From NCBI RefSeq assembly GCF_001194135.2, contig NC_068997.1:4428687-4492686 (forward strand): DNA of 64,000 nucleotides, read 5' to 3'. The notes under the pieces are model-generated. The model made no database searches. It was not told the origin of the DNA and saw only the letters and a program-made list of their open reading frames with translations. This document shows positions 12,461 to 24,171 of the stretch, piece by piece. Positions within the stretch are counted from its first letter, which is position 1; each line of letters opens with the position of its first letter. Both the position numbers and the translations under genes were made by a program. This DNA is from Octopus bimaculoides (Eukaryota).

Positions 12461-12925
12461 GTAGCAGCCGCACCATCCCATATGTAGGCGCTTCACTCCA
12501 TTATGAATCTCACCTGAGTTTTGTAGAATATCAATAACTATTGAGAGATGAAGGAGCTTCTGTCTCTGAAGAAAAGGGCCAGTCGCTGGGATGCAATGCC
12601 AGTTACGTTAAGGATGTGGTTTCACCAAAAGAGATCCTTGACGATAATGAAGACCAGCAATTACAAGGGCTCTTGTTTAGTGATGCCTATTATTAAAGGC
12701 GTGAGTAGTAGGTTGAAGTTTTCCTGATACGAGTAGCGTCTGTACTTTCTTGCAGTTAAAAAACAGAAATTTGCATATCCCCATAGCAGGCTGTTTTTGA
12801 AGTATCTATTTATGGAATAAGTGCGTGTTTGGTGTATGATGTCAAGGCTGAGTGGATGATGGCTCTAGGCGTCACAGAGACAATGAAGCATGGTCAGAAA
12901 ATATTAAGGAAGAATGAAGGATGAT
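12461..12925 (-). pseudogene. Decayed CR1/L2-group LINE reverse-transcriptase C-terminal fragment
   Basis: Manual minus-strand translation across stops and frameshifts gives WG..N..FNCKKVQTL, KDLFW*NHILNV..AS.RL and LLIFYKTQVRFIME*SAYIWDGA. These resemble the post-YADD motifs of CR1/L2 RTs (FN..KTQ, LSW..HI, LY...VRP.LEY...W). Confidence 0.7.
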
Positions 12926-12944
12926 TTCAGTTTCGTAAGAGTGT

Positions 12945-13075
12945 TGCTTTATCGACCCTGAAGGGATAAGAGGCAAACTTAATTATGTCAGGATTTCAAC
13001 TCAGAACGCAAAGATCCGATACGAATACGCCATGGTATTCTATCGGACGCTCTAACGACTCTGCCAAATGGCCGT
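12945..13075 (-). mobile_element. SINE family B, partial
   Basis: TTTATCGACCCTGAAGGGATAAGAGGCAAA...GATTTCAACTCAGAACG, reverse complement of the family B body; a second fragment lies at ~13235-13300. Confidence 0.65.
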
Positions 13076-13469
13076 TTTTGTATTGGAAACAATACAGGAT
13101 GTTACAGATAGAAACTATCGATGTAACATTAGCGTACCTCAACCGGAGTGTCACTACATCCGTTGTTGAAACTCTGAGGATGGGTAGATCTGGTTCTGTT
13201 CTACCATGCTAATCTACGGTATGTTGGCTCAGACGAGCAGTCGATTTATCGATCCCGGGATGATGAAAGGCCAAACTAACCTCGGCGAAATTTGAACTCA
13301 GAGTGTAATGGTGAAAACAAATTTTATTAGAAACAATAACGAAATATCCCTCAAAACAACAGCTTACCACTCCCCCACCACTCGTAGAAAGGGCACCATT
13401 TCAGGGAGTGGTGGGGGTAGACGGTATGACTGGGTGCTAAGCAACAATGACAATGAAACCAAAGCACTA

Positions 13470-14012
13470 ACCACTGTCAACACTACCATCGTCATCACCA
13501 CCTCCATACCTCATTCCAGTACCATCATTGCCGAATAGCAACATACCTGCTTACCTCATACCAACACCACTGCAGCGTCAGCTATCCCCTCCATATCTCA
13601 TAATACCACTGCTACCACCGTAACTCAAACTGCCACCAACACCATCACCGATATACCCCACACAAACCACCACCACCATCACCGTTGGTACCACTATTAC
13701 CATCCGCACTACACCACCACCATCATATTTCCACTAGCACCACCACCCTACTTCATGCCACCTAAACCACCACGACAACTCTACCACCGTGCCTCCATCA
13801 CCTCTTTACCACTACAATTTTCCACCACCAACACCGCCGTACCTCACACCACCATCATAACTCATGACACCAAAAACCCCGCAGCCAGTTCCCGACCATC
13901 ATCGTACCTCATGCCACCACTACTACTATCACCACCACCACTATTACTACCACTACCCAACCGCCACCATACCTCACACCGCCACCATACCTCACACCGC
14001 CACCACCATGTT
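13470..14012. repeat. Degenerate (CCA/ACC)n low-complexity tract
   Basis: Dense ACCACC/CATCACC units, with tandem ACCGCCACCATACCTCAC at the end. Confidence 0.85.
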
Positions 14013-14782
14013 TAATAAATATTGATACAAACGCAGGTTCTTAGTCAATCGCTCCCCTTCTCTAAGATTTCTTTTCAGAGCCAAAATCTTGAATATGTCT
14101 GATATCCTCCTCACAGCACCTGTCACTGTGGCAACGCACCTTTGATCTGGGTCCATCAATCTTCACCAGCACCTTAACAACAACTCCAACAACAACGACA
14201 ACAACAGTCCCGTCGTTTTAATTATCCAGCTGGTTAATCAATTGCTTCGTTTAACCTCATGTTCTTTTAACAGAGAACAACGTTCGCCTCAGTTCTTGTG
14301 GAACTATATTTCTTCGTTGTTGTTGTTGTTGTTGTCGTCGTCGTCGTCGTCGTCGTTGTTGTTGTTGTTGTTGAACCCTAGGTCAACCGTTAAACAACTG
14401 GCCTATGATCAGAAGAACCCCTGTCACGACATGTATCCCGCTGTCTTTTTTTAAAGTAGAGATCGATCTATTTTGCTTTATATGGCAGCTGGTAAACATT
14501 AGCGTCTAAAAGAACAGGCTTCCACTGAATATTCAATCACTAGTTCGTCGTATGTACGACAATTATAGTGACAAGGGACTAAATACCGCAAGGGATATGG
14601 TTCGAAAATCACCGGTGTATATCGGTGGTTGGATGGACACACATACACACACACATACACACCACATATACAAAACCACACATACGTGCACAATCAAGTT
14701 GAATATACAAACAATTTAGCATCAGTAAACTGATGAATAACTCGGTACATTTTAGTAGAGTACATATTTAACTTCTTACATT

Positions 14783-15145
14783 AGACGCAGACGTGACTCT
14801 GTGGTAAGAAGCTTGCTTCTCAACCGCATGGTGTCGGGTTCGGTCCCATCGCGTCGCACCTTAGGCAAATGTCTTCTATTATAATCTCGGACTGACTAAA
14901 GCCTTGTGAGTGAATTTGGTAGACGGAAACTGAAAGAAGCCTTATGTGTGAGTGTGTGCGTGTGTATGCGCGCCCGTGTGTGTCTTTGTGTCGGTGTTTG
15001 TCTCCTACTATCGCCTGACAATCGGTGTTGGTGTATTTACGTCTTCGTAACTTGCGGTTCCGCAAAGAAACTGACAGAATAAGTACCAGGCATAATAAAA
15101 CATAATTCCTGGCGTCGATTCATCCGACTAAAAAGTCTTCAAGGC
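14783..15145 (+). mobile_element. SINE family A, near-complete
   Basis: Box A-like TGACTCTGTGGTAAG, box B-like GGGTTCGGTCCC, GTGAGTGAATTTGGTAGACGGAAACTGAAAGAAGC, internal TG tract, 3' half GATAGAATAAGTACCAGG-like...CCTGGCGTCGATT. Confidence 0.85.
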
Positions 15146-15998
15146 ATACACACACACACACACACACACATACATGTCACTGCGGTAGACGTTACACACT
15201 GTAGATAACTAGATTGAACTAACTTAGATTTTCTAGTACATATTGTTCGTCTCTAAAAATAATTAGCAATTTAATCTGGCTGCCGACAAAAACACAATAT
15301 ATGCAAACTTCTTTAGACATTAAAGCTAAATACTTATTTGTGACCGATTTAAATAGCGATTACTGTGAATTTCTTTTCGCAAGCAGAAGAGTGAAAGATA
15401 GCTCATCCTCTGATGAGCGGTCCTTCATAGACTATGACCGAAAAATGGGATGATCATGCTTGGAACAGCTTTGATAATAGATCTACTGGATCAAAGTTGA
15501 CCTGAAGCTCAATAATAGCAACAATCAACAATACCGCCAACATAATACATTCTACCATTACGGATGAACGAGGGAGCCTCTATTTGGTTACTTGAACTAA
15601 GAGACATAGTTGCCAAGTCTCCTTCAAATCCCACCGAACTCGTCTTCAAAATGCAATGGTGTGAGGGGAGCTTCTCGATAAATATGAAAATGACGAGATG
15701 GTTATAGTTGGAGCTCTTTTGATCATATTTCTGTTCGATCGCAGTTGACATGGGACTACACAAAAATATAGCCATTATCATTACTGGCCTACTGAGGATC
15801 CTCTTCATAGATAGTCTGAACTCGTAGAAATAGCAGCGACGTCTCCCTCAACTCACAGCGTTTTGTTAAAAGAAAAACATAGATGTCTAGTCTTGTATAA
15901 ACAAAGGGAGAGTGTGGTTACAGCTAGAGTGTCTTTGTCCAAGGATCTGCTGGATTAGAACTTATCTTGTGTTAAAGAATAATCGCAACAGAACTACA

Positions 15999-17238
15999 AC
16001 AAAGGAGAGTAAAAGAATTATACGCACCCCTGTTTCTGTAATTTATCAAAATAAAAGTAGAAGGTGAAGAATTACATCATTTTTGCGGCATAGTTTTTTG
16101 CTTTGCGATATACTTCTTCCAGCGGTCCACAAGCTTGCTTATTTTGTCGAAGAAGTAAATTTTCAGCTGGTTGCGCAACCGTTCGTGTACCACTTCCTGA
16201 GCTTCTTCCGTAGCAAATTGACGTCCTCGTAAAACATGTTTGAGCAGTACAAAAAGGTGGCAGTCGGAAGAGCAAGTCCTGGACTGTATGCAGTGGGTTT
16301 CAACAATTCAAAACTCAATTTTTCAATGGTCTCAATGGTTCTTTGACAATAGACCACGGAATTTCGTGCGAATTGCTGGTTCCAGCTTGTTGGCCAGAAT
16401 TTCAGTGTAGCTTACAACGGTGACTGTAGACCTCTCGTCCCAGGTAATGTTTCAATGTAAGCCTTTTTGCGTCACAAAAAACGATTAGCGTCACTTTCTT
16501 TTCTGCGTGAGGTTGAGACTTGAATTTCGTTTTCGCTGGTGATTCCGGGTGTTTCCACCCCATAGGTGCATAGGCTACCTTTGAATTCAGGTTCAAAGTA
16601 ATGGACCCAAGTCTCCTTTCCTGTAACTATTCCCTCCAAAAAGCTTCGCCTTTATCGTTGTAGCGGTCGCATAAGCGTTGATAGTTCACACGATGGCGTT
16701 TATGCGCTTCGGTAAGCCATCTTCGTACCCATCCCGCACATACATTACGGAAGCGAAGCTTGTCGTGAATGATTTCGTATGTAAAACTATGATTAATTTG
16801 CATAAAAGCATGCCACATCATCGATGGTCACTCGTCGGTTAGCTAAAACCATCTCTCGAAAGATTTGAATCTTCACGTCAGTGGTAGAGATTGATGGGCG
16901 TCCTGTTCCCTCTTTGCGCTTCACGCTTATCCGGTGCCTTTTAAACTCCTTGATCCTCTTATGCACACTTCTGTGCGGTAGAACGCTGTCCCTGTATCGT
17001 ACTAAATACATCTTCAAAGAAATCAGAGTACTGATCACTGTTACTCCTTGGAGCACACTACCAACAGAGCGGCCATGTTCACTCTATAATGCAAGGAAAG
17101 AAACTCGAGCGATCAAGGTCACATCTTGGTTACTTAACTACAAGAGTACCACATTTTAGCATGCGAGCGCTGAAGGCAGTAAGACTAATCTAAAGAAAGT
17201 TTTGGCGAAAATGCAGATAATTTTTGACTTCCCCTTGT
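15999..17238 (-). mobile_element. Decayed full-size mariner transposon (~1.24 kb)
   Basis: Fragmented minus-strand ORFs with mariner motifs: WVRRWLTEAHK (WVPxxL), WKHPESPAKTKFKSQPHAEKKVTLIVFCD, LKPTAYSPGLA (HPPYSPDLAP). Degenerate TIRs ACAAAGGAGAGTAAAAGAATTATACGCA (15999) and the reverse complement of ATGCAGATAATTTTTGACTTCCCCTTGT (17211-17238). Confidence 0.9.
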
Positions 17239-17934
17239 TTTAGCTATCCGTCAATGTCAAATATTTGAAGAGTGTTGTTAAATTCGAAACCTCGCGTCTT
17301 GAATTACTGTATAAGAATACTACATTGTCGGTTTTTTTTATTGCTGTCATCGGATGTCCCATTTTTCCCGACATTTTCGAAAATGAAAGATTACAATCGA
17401 TGACAATTTATGAATAAAATGTCATTAATCTACAGTTAATCTTTTTAATTAAACGACTTCGAAAAAGACATTAAATGCAATATTTAAAAGTTAGTTTCTT
17501 ATCAAATTATCACGTCTTAAACACGATAATTTTATATTCCAGTCTTATACATATGGGAGAGAGGATTTGCAGTTTTCAAGACTAATTTTGAGTTTAACGA
17601 AGAGCTTAATGTTAGAAAGATTAATCTCAGATTAAGTCTCTTCAGTCGTTGTTGGCGTTGATGCTGTTGTTCTTGTTGTTATTGATGATATTGATGTTGT
17701 TGTTGCTGATGTTGATGTTGATGCTGTCGTTGTTTCTTGTAGAACTATTGAATTAATGTGCCGTAGGGAAGTAGCTTTAATTCTCAGTCAGTTCTGTTGA
17801 GGTTTTATTTTAAATGTCGATTGTCATTTGCCATTTTGGTTCAGTAAAGAAAGCGGTAAAGGTCTTTGCTTCTGGGTTAAGCTAAAGACACTTTGTTTTG
17901 ATGGCCTGTTGTGGAATCAATTTGTTGAGAAATG

Positions 17935-18030
17935 CTGGCGGTGCTGGCGGTGCTGGTGGTGGTACTGGTGGTGGTACTGGTGGTGGTACTGGTGGTGGTA
18001 CTGGTGGTGAAGCTGGTGTTGGTGGCGGCG
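17935..18030. repeat. 12-bp minisatellite (GGTGGTGGTACT)n with GCTGGCGGT variants
   Basis: Direct tandem units. Confidence 0.85.
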
Positions 18031-18240
18031 GAAATTCCATAGCCTCAAACTCTTTCTTAACTGTTTCTTTCTTATGGTTTCTGATCTGATAGAATTCTTG
18101 GCAGAATTTTCTTTTAAAGAAGAATATTTAATTGAATAATCACACTTGCAAACACATACAAGCACATGCACACTCGCATACACACACACACACATACACA
18201 CACACATACACACACACACAAATGTGTGCGTATATATATA

Positions 18241-18295
<55 letters not shown>

Positions 18296-18599
18296 GCATA
18301 CATACATGTATATATACATATATATATGTATATACACACACATATAAGTATCTGTGTGTTCAGATATATATATATATATACAAATATATATACATATATA
18401 CATATATATACATATATAAATGTGTATATATATGTATATGTGTGTGTGGGTGTCTGTTCATGTATATGTTTGTGTTTGTAATACCTCTGGTAATACATAC
18501 AGGCATGTGCATGTGTATATACTCATGCAGATATTCTGCCTGAGTATATGCACATGCACATGCCTGTATGTATTACCAACCTGTGGATTGTTTGAATGT

Positions 18600-18735
18600 C
18601 CAGTAAATATCGAGCGGTAATTACATCGGATCTTTACATTCTGAGTTCAAATCCTGCTGGGATTAACATTGGCTTTCATTTTCCCGGAGATCGATACAAT
18701 AAAGTATCGATTAAGTCTTGGGAATCGATTCTCCT
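18600..18735 (+). mobile_element. SINE family B, diverged partial
   Basis: TTCTGAGTTCAAATCCTGCTGGGATTAACATTGGCTTTCAT...GATCGATACAATAAAGTATC. Confidence 0.6.
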
Positions 18736-18812
18736 CTCTCCACCTCCCCCTCTCACCCCCTCTCGCTTCCTCTCTCTATCTCTCTCTCTCTCTCTATCTG
18801 TCTCTCTCTCTA

Positions 18813-18848
<36 letters not shown>

Positions 18849-18909
18849 TCTCACTCTCCCATCTTTTCAGAAATAGATGCTGCACTATGAGATAAGCGAG
18901 GTAAACAGA

Positions 18910-19165
18910 TAAAAGGTAAAGTTACTTTTTCGAGTCAAACCAATTCATACGGGCCTGTTTCCTGATTTCATGGCATATATTCCCCTCCTGGGCGGAACGT
19001 AGGTCCGTCGTAGGATTACGCATTTTTGCCAATTGAGTGAATTGGAGTAACGGGAAATGAAGTGTTTTGCTCAAGAACACAGCGCATCGCCAGGTCCAGG
19101 AATCGAAACCATAATCTCACAATCATGAGTCCAACCCACTAACCACTAACTCACGTGCCTCCACT
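18910..19165 (-). mobile_element. tRNA-derived SINE family D (Meta/MESC-like body)
   Basis: Reverse complement: AGTGGAGGCACGTGAGTTAGTGGTTAG (box A)...GGTTTCGATTCCTGG (box B)...TGTGTTCTTGAGCAAAACACTT...CCTACGACGGACCTACGTTCCGCCCAGGAGGGG. The domain assignment is from memory of Meta-type SINEs and is unverified. Confidence 0.75.
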
Positions 19166-19778
19166 ATCAGAGGATTGAGGGGACCCACTAAGTTTTAATT
19201 AGGAGCCAGCAGTCTCTTCTCATCTTGTTTGTTACAAAACTGACCAAAGTAAATCATAGAACTTGGTGAATAGTGGGTGGACTATGGTTATGTATATGTC
19301 TTATTACATCAAAAGTTGCTCTTCTACTCTTAGTATTGCTGCATGCAGGGCTGTTTACGCTAAAGGTATTTCACCATCATACAATCGTGAATAAGCCAGC
19401 TGGGGTTCTATTTCCTCCCAGGACCCACTATAACTTTCCAGAAAAATGTATCCTTGACCAGTGGTTGGAAGAAACAACTTCATTTTTAATATTTCATAAT
19501 TACATATCTTCTTTAATGAAACATCCACACTAACGTATTAGAATAGCGCTATACTGTAGCAAACACAGTACTTGGTTGGAGAGATTCTTTTGGTTCGGCT
19601 GAATATAGATGTAGCATGTTTGCAGTGAAAAAAAATTCCATGTCCAACTAAAGAAAAAAAAATGGGGGGATTCCACGCCCCATAATTTTCCAGGTCTCAC
19701 CGGTGGGGCGTATGCCCCATGCTGAGAATCACTGGGCTACACTGTCAAACAAAGTAACGGTTAGCAGATTTTTCAGCT

Positions 19779-19884
<106 letters not shown>

Positions 19885-20867
19885 TTATTCTAGTGCCAGT
19901 TTATTTACTCACTTTCAATGGAGTGTCTATGCTAATGCTTGAAAGACGGAAGAAACTTGTAGATATTTCCGATAATAGCGGTGCGTGTGATGGTGAAACG
20001 GTGTTATATATTTAATATATTCTTCTGCTGGCATCCTAAGAGTCTCATTGTCAACTAATTGTCGTTTACATCTTCGGCATCCACTCCAAATCTGTTTCAC
20101 CATAAGACAATACTGCAATGCAGTAATTCTTCTAGATTTCTCTCCTAAATAAACACTCAGGAATCACTGCCGGACTCTCTTGAAGAACAAAATGAAGTTA
20201 CAGTAATCACGCTTCTTTGCACTAATGACTTACTTCTTAACTGAAGTTTTAAAATCTTTATTGTTTGAGATACGTAATATCCCCAAACATATGAATGACG
20301 TCATTGATTGCAGTAGTCATATGAGGAGGATGCGCTGGAGTAGAGACAGAATAAGTGGCATTCCATGTGAGTTCAGAGATCAGGGAGTATTGAAATTGAG
20401 GTGGTATCATGAGGGCCATATTAACTACATATCTAGACTTTTTAAAAGGATGACCTCTTTTGTTATTTCGGATACGTTGCAGAAACAATATATAGCCTCC
20501 ATTTTAACACCATTACATAACCACTGAGTGTGTTTTTGGCATTCACTCTACAGGCCATTTTAATTCCATCATCTAACTATCGAGTGTCCTTGTGGCGTCC
20601 ACTCTGATGTTGCAAGTATTCCAGTAATTATCTTCCTTCTAACGAATAATTTCGGAGGACAGTAAAAGGTTGAGTGGCGTTGCCTATCGTCCGTTTACTT
20701 TCAAAAATTCTATAAATAAAATTTGTTTCTAAAACATCTATCGAATTGTCCACACGTTAAGGAGTACATTTTCTATCCTACTCTGCCTGATGTAACATTT
20801 GGTAGGATTTGTACGGGAAATCAATGAAGCTGATGTGGACTTGGTAGAGATATAGTCTGTTACTGTT

Positions 20868-21005
20868 CAATAGTATGTTTACCACCCATTAGTATGTTAC
20901 CATCAATAGCTTGTTACCGCTCAGTGCTATGTTACCCCTATTGATGGGTTACCACCAATGTTACGTTACCACCCAGTGGCATGTTACTACTAACAGCCTG
21001 TTCCA
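20868..21005. repeat. Degenerate ~20-bp tandem repeat built on TGTTACCA
   Basis: About 7 recurrences of (A/T)TGTTACC(A/G)C at ~19-21 bp spacing. Confidence 0.65.
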
Positions 21006-21013
21006 GCCCATGA

Positions 21014-21204
21014 TTCGAAGGGTTGCTAAAAAGTTCCTGGATTTAAGGGTTTCATGAACCTAACCTTCCGAGTTCTTTTACAACGCTCAGAAAACTGAAG
21101 GACCACTGCGTATCTAAGGGAATATTGTGAATAAAATCATAATTAAATGATTTTCCTGTATTTTCTCTTACCCAAAGCCAGGAACTTTTCAGTACCTCCA
21201 CGTA
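21014..21204. mobile_element. mariner-derived MITE (family shared with 60156-60361)
   Basis: TIRs CGAAGGGTTGCTAAAAAGTTCCTGG / CCAAAGCCAGGAACTTTTCAGTACCTCCACGTA; interior matches the 60156 copy. Confidence 0.8.
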
Positions 21205-21369
21205 TATTACGACGCAGTGATATCTATTTTGATCTAAAAAGATCGTGAGTAGTTAAACTAATTATAGCCATACTAATTATTGTTATTTAGCCTCAGGTCA
21301 GGTCAGGCTGAGGAGACATATTAGCAAAAGTGTTTCAGCCATTATCTTAACGTTATTTTCTCTCTCTGC

Positions 21370-21419
<50 letters not shown>

Positions 21420-21523
21420 CTCTCTCTCTCTCTTTCGCTCTTTCTCCCTTTCAATCTCTCTTTCTCTCTCTCTCACTTTCTTTCTCTCTCTCTCTCTTTC
21501 GATATAGATAGACAAATAGATAA

Positions 21524-21945
21524 GCGCAGGCGTGGCTGTGCAGTAAGAAATTTGCTTCTCAACCACATGATTCCGGGTTCAGTCCCACTGCGTGACACCT
21601 TCGGCAAGTGTTGTCTACTGTAACCTCGGGCCGACCAAAACCTTCTGAGTGGATTTGGTAGACGGAAATTAGAAGGCGGTGAGCTGGCAGACACGTTAGC
21701 ACGCCGGACGAAATGCTCAGCGGTATTTCGTCTGTCTTTATGTTCTGAGTTCAAATTCCGCCGAGGTCGACTTTGCCTTTCATACTTTCAGGGTCGATAA
21801 ATTAAGTACCAGCTACGTACTGGAGTCGATGTAATTGACTTAATCCCTTTGTCTGTCCTTGTTTGTCCCCTCTATGTTTAGCCCCTTGTGGGAAATAAAG
21901 AAATAAGGAAACTAGAAGAAGCCCGTCGAACATGTGTGCGTGTGT
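21524..21945 (+). mobile_element. SINE family A, 5' half (host of nested SINE B and maT insertions)
   Basis: GCGCAGGCGTGGCTGTGCAGTAAG...GGGTTCAGTCCC...GGATTTGGTAGACGGAAA, interrupted at 21676 and resuming GAAGAAGCCCGTCG at ~21915. Confidence 0.85.
21676..21906 (+). mobile_element. SINE family B, young copy with alternative 3' tail and ~12-bp TSD
   Basis: GCGGTGAGCTGGCAG...GAGTTCAAATTCCGCCGAGGTCGACTTTGCCTTTCA...; flanked by GGAAATTAGAAG (21664-21675) and GGAAACTAGAAG (21907-21918). Confidence 0.9.
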
Positions 21946-21952
21946 ATGTATA

Positions 21953-22742
21953 CAGGGTGCAATGGGCAAATTGTCGACATTTTATATTTTTAATTTCGCC
22001 CATGCACACAGTTTGTTTTTCATTTTGTCGACTACACAGTATAGTAGGGTTAGTTGGGCATCGTCTATGAGAAAAGGAGCACCATGATGCAGTTCAGACT
22101 GTCAAAAATTTGGAAACGACACGCTGTACAGCTTAGCATACGTGCTGGAAACTTCAATACGAACATTTCAGAGTGTTCGGATGTCAATTTGAGGACATGT
22201 ACTGAGAGTGATAAAAGTCAAACGTCTAGTCAAGATCATCGTGTTTGGAGTGATCACTGATGATGGCGACATTATGCTTCCATTCATCATCCCACACGGC
22301 ATCACACTCAACATGGAGGCCTACATCAAATGCCTGGAATTGGTAGTGCTGTCTTGGGTTAAGAGGGTAGCTGCTGGAAGACCCAGTGTCTGGCAACAGG
22401 ACTCTGCACCATGTCACACAAGCAGGAGAACCCAATCATGGCTGTCAGACAATTTTTGCGACCACATCACCCCTAACATCTGGCTACCTAACTTCCCAGA
22501 TTGCAAACCCCTTGATTATTATGTGTGGAACGCAGATGACTGAGAGACTAACAAAACTCCTTGTAACATCAAAGATGAACTGAAGGTAAGGATTATGGCA
22601 GCATTCACCAACTCAAACAAGGAGACCATCCAGAAGAGTTGCAGGAGATTCTGAAGTTGTCTGGAAACCGTAGTTGAAGCCAATAGCGATTTTATTGAAT
22701 AAATTTCAAAATATTTTAATGTAATTTTGGTAATTATATCTG
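21953..22742 (+). mobile_element. DD37D (maT-type) Tc1/mariner element, internally deleted, 3' end lost in gap
   Basis: Starts TA|CAGGGTGCAATG. ORF 22208-22543 has VWQQDSAPCH...WLPNFPDCKPLDYYVW, with 37 residues between the second and third catalytic Asp. Confidence 0.9.
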
Positions 22743-23418
22743 NNNNNNNNNNNNNNNNNNNNNNNNNNNNNNNNNNNNNNNNNNNNNNNNNNNNNNNNNN
22801 NNNNNNNNNNNNNNNNNNNNNNNNNNNNNNNNNNNNNNNNNNNNNNNNNNNNNNNNNNNNNNNNNNNNNNNNNNNNNNNNNNNNNNNNNNNNNNNNNNNN
22901 NNNNNNNNNNNNNNNNNNNNNNNNNNNNNNNNNNNNNNNNNNNNNNNNNNNNNNNNNNNNNNNNNNNNNNNNNNNNNNNNNNNNNNNNNNNNNNNNNNNN
23001 NNNNNNNNNNNNNNNNNNNNNNNNNNNNNNNNNNNNNNNNNNNNNNNNNNNNNNNNNNNNNNNNNNNNNNNNNNNNNNNNNNNNNNNNNNNNNNNNNNNN
23101 NNNNNNNNNNNNNNNNNNNNNNNNNNNNNNNNNNNNNNNNNNNNNNNNNNNNNNNNNNNNNNNNNNNNNNNNNNNNNNNNNNNNNNNNNNNNNNNNNNNN
23201 NNNNNNNNNNNATAGTCTTTGAAAAGATTGCAAGATGCAACGAAAATTTTAGGAAAATAAAAATAAGAAATAAGTGGAAATTTTACCGGTGAGTGAGTTA
23301 AATTTTAAGGCACAATAAGAAAATGACTCTCCCCAGACACAACAGAATATGCTTCAGCACACGAAATCACATAAAAATTCTTGCAAACCAAATCCAAAAA
23401 CGAAATATATATATATAC

Positions 23419-23565
23419 GTAGGTACTGTAAGTTTAGAGGGAATACTTGATAAGTGTAAGCACCTGTACATGCCAGATAGTGGCAGAGGTGAGAGAATAT
23501 ATCAAACAAATTCAAAACAGAACACAAAGGATATCGCGGTATCCTTTGTGTTCTGTTTTTAATTT
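23419..23565. repeat. Dispersed repeat ending in a perfect 20-bp hairpin (copy 1)
   Basis: AAAACAGAACACAAAGGATA(23514-23533)-TCGCGG-TATCCTTTGTGTTCTGTTTT(23540-23559); upstream TACTTGATAA.TG.AAGCACCTGTA.ATGCCAGATA recurs at 24700. Confidence 0.8.
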
Positions 23566-23570
23566 ATGTT

Positions 23571-23606
<36 letters not shown>

Positions 23607-23679
23607 TCACTCACATATAACGTACTGTGAAAGAAAATACAACAAAAAAAGTATGTATGTATATATCTATAGGAATGTG

Positions 23680-23888
23680 TCTTTGTACCTATGTTTGTGT
23701 TCCCCATCACCGCTTTACAACTGGTGTTGGTTTGTTTACGTTCCCGTAACCTAGCAGTTCGCAGAAGATACCGATAGAATAAGTACTAGGCTCTAAAAGA
23801 CAAATCCTGGGGCGATTTGTTTGACTAAAACCTCTCAAGGCAGTGCTCGAGTATGGCCGCTGTCAAATGACTGAAATAAGTAAAAGAG
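23680..23888 (+). mobile_element. SINE family A, 3' half
   Basis: ACAACTGGTGTTGGTTTGTTTACG...CGATAGAATAAGTACTAGGC...GTCAAATGACTGAAATAAGTAAAAGAG. Confidence 0.85.
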
Positions 23889-23954
23889 AGGGATAGATAC
23901 GTAGGTAGAAAGATAGACAGTAAGAAAGACTAACAAATCAATAGAAATGCAATT

Positions 23955-24171
23955 TTCTTTTCTATTCTACTCTAGGCGCAAAGCCCGAAATTTTGGGGAA
24001 GGGGGACTGTCGATTAGATCACACCCAGCACGTAATGGTACTTAATTTATCGATCCGGGAAGGATAAAAGACAAAGTCGACCCCGGCGGATTTTGAACTC
24101 AGAAGATAGTGGCATACGAAATACCGCTAAGCATTTCGCCCGGCGTGCTAACTTTTCTGCCAGCTCGCCGC
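23955..24171 (-). mobile_element. SINE family B, complete with common tail
   Basis: Reverse complement GCGGCGAGCTGGCAGAA...GAGTTCAAAATCCGCCGGGGTCGAC...CCCCAAAATTTCGGGCTTTGCGCCTAGAGTAGAA. Confidence 0.9.

Noticed and set aside
15401-15452. Hammerhead-like string TCATCCT-CTGATGA-GCGGTC...GACC-GAAA-AAT-GGGATGA
   Set aside because: No valid stem III or NUH triplet, two extra nucleotides before stem II, and the 3' part belongs to a common dispersed repeat; probably coincidental.
20200-20800. Moderately GC-rich unique sequence with short ORFs (20225 +, 20258 -)
   Set aside because: No recognisable domain or convincing splice structure.
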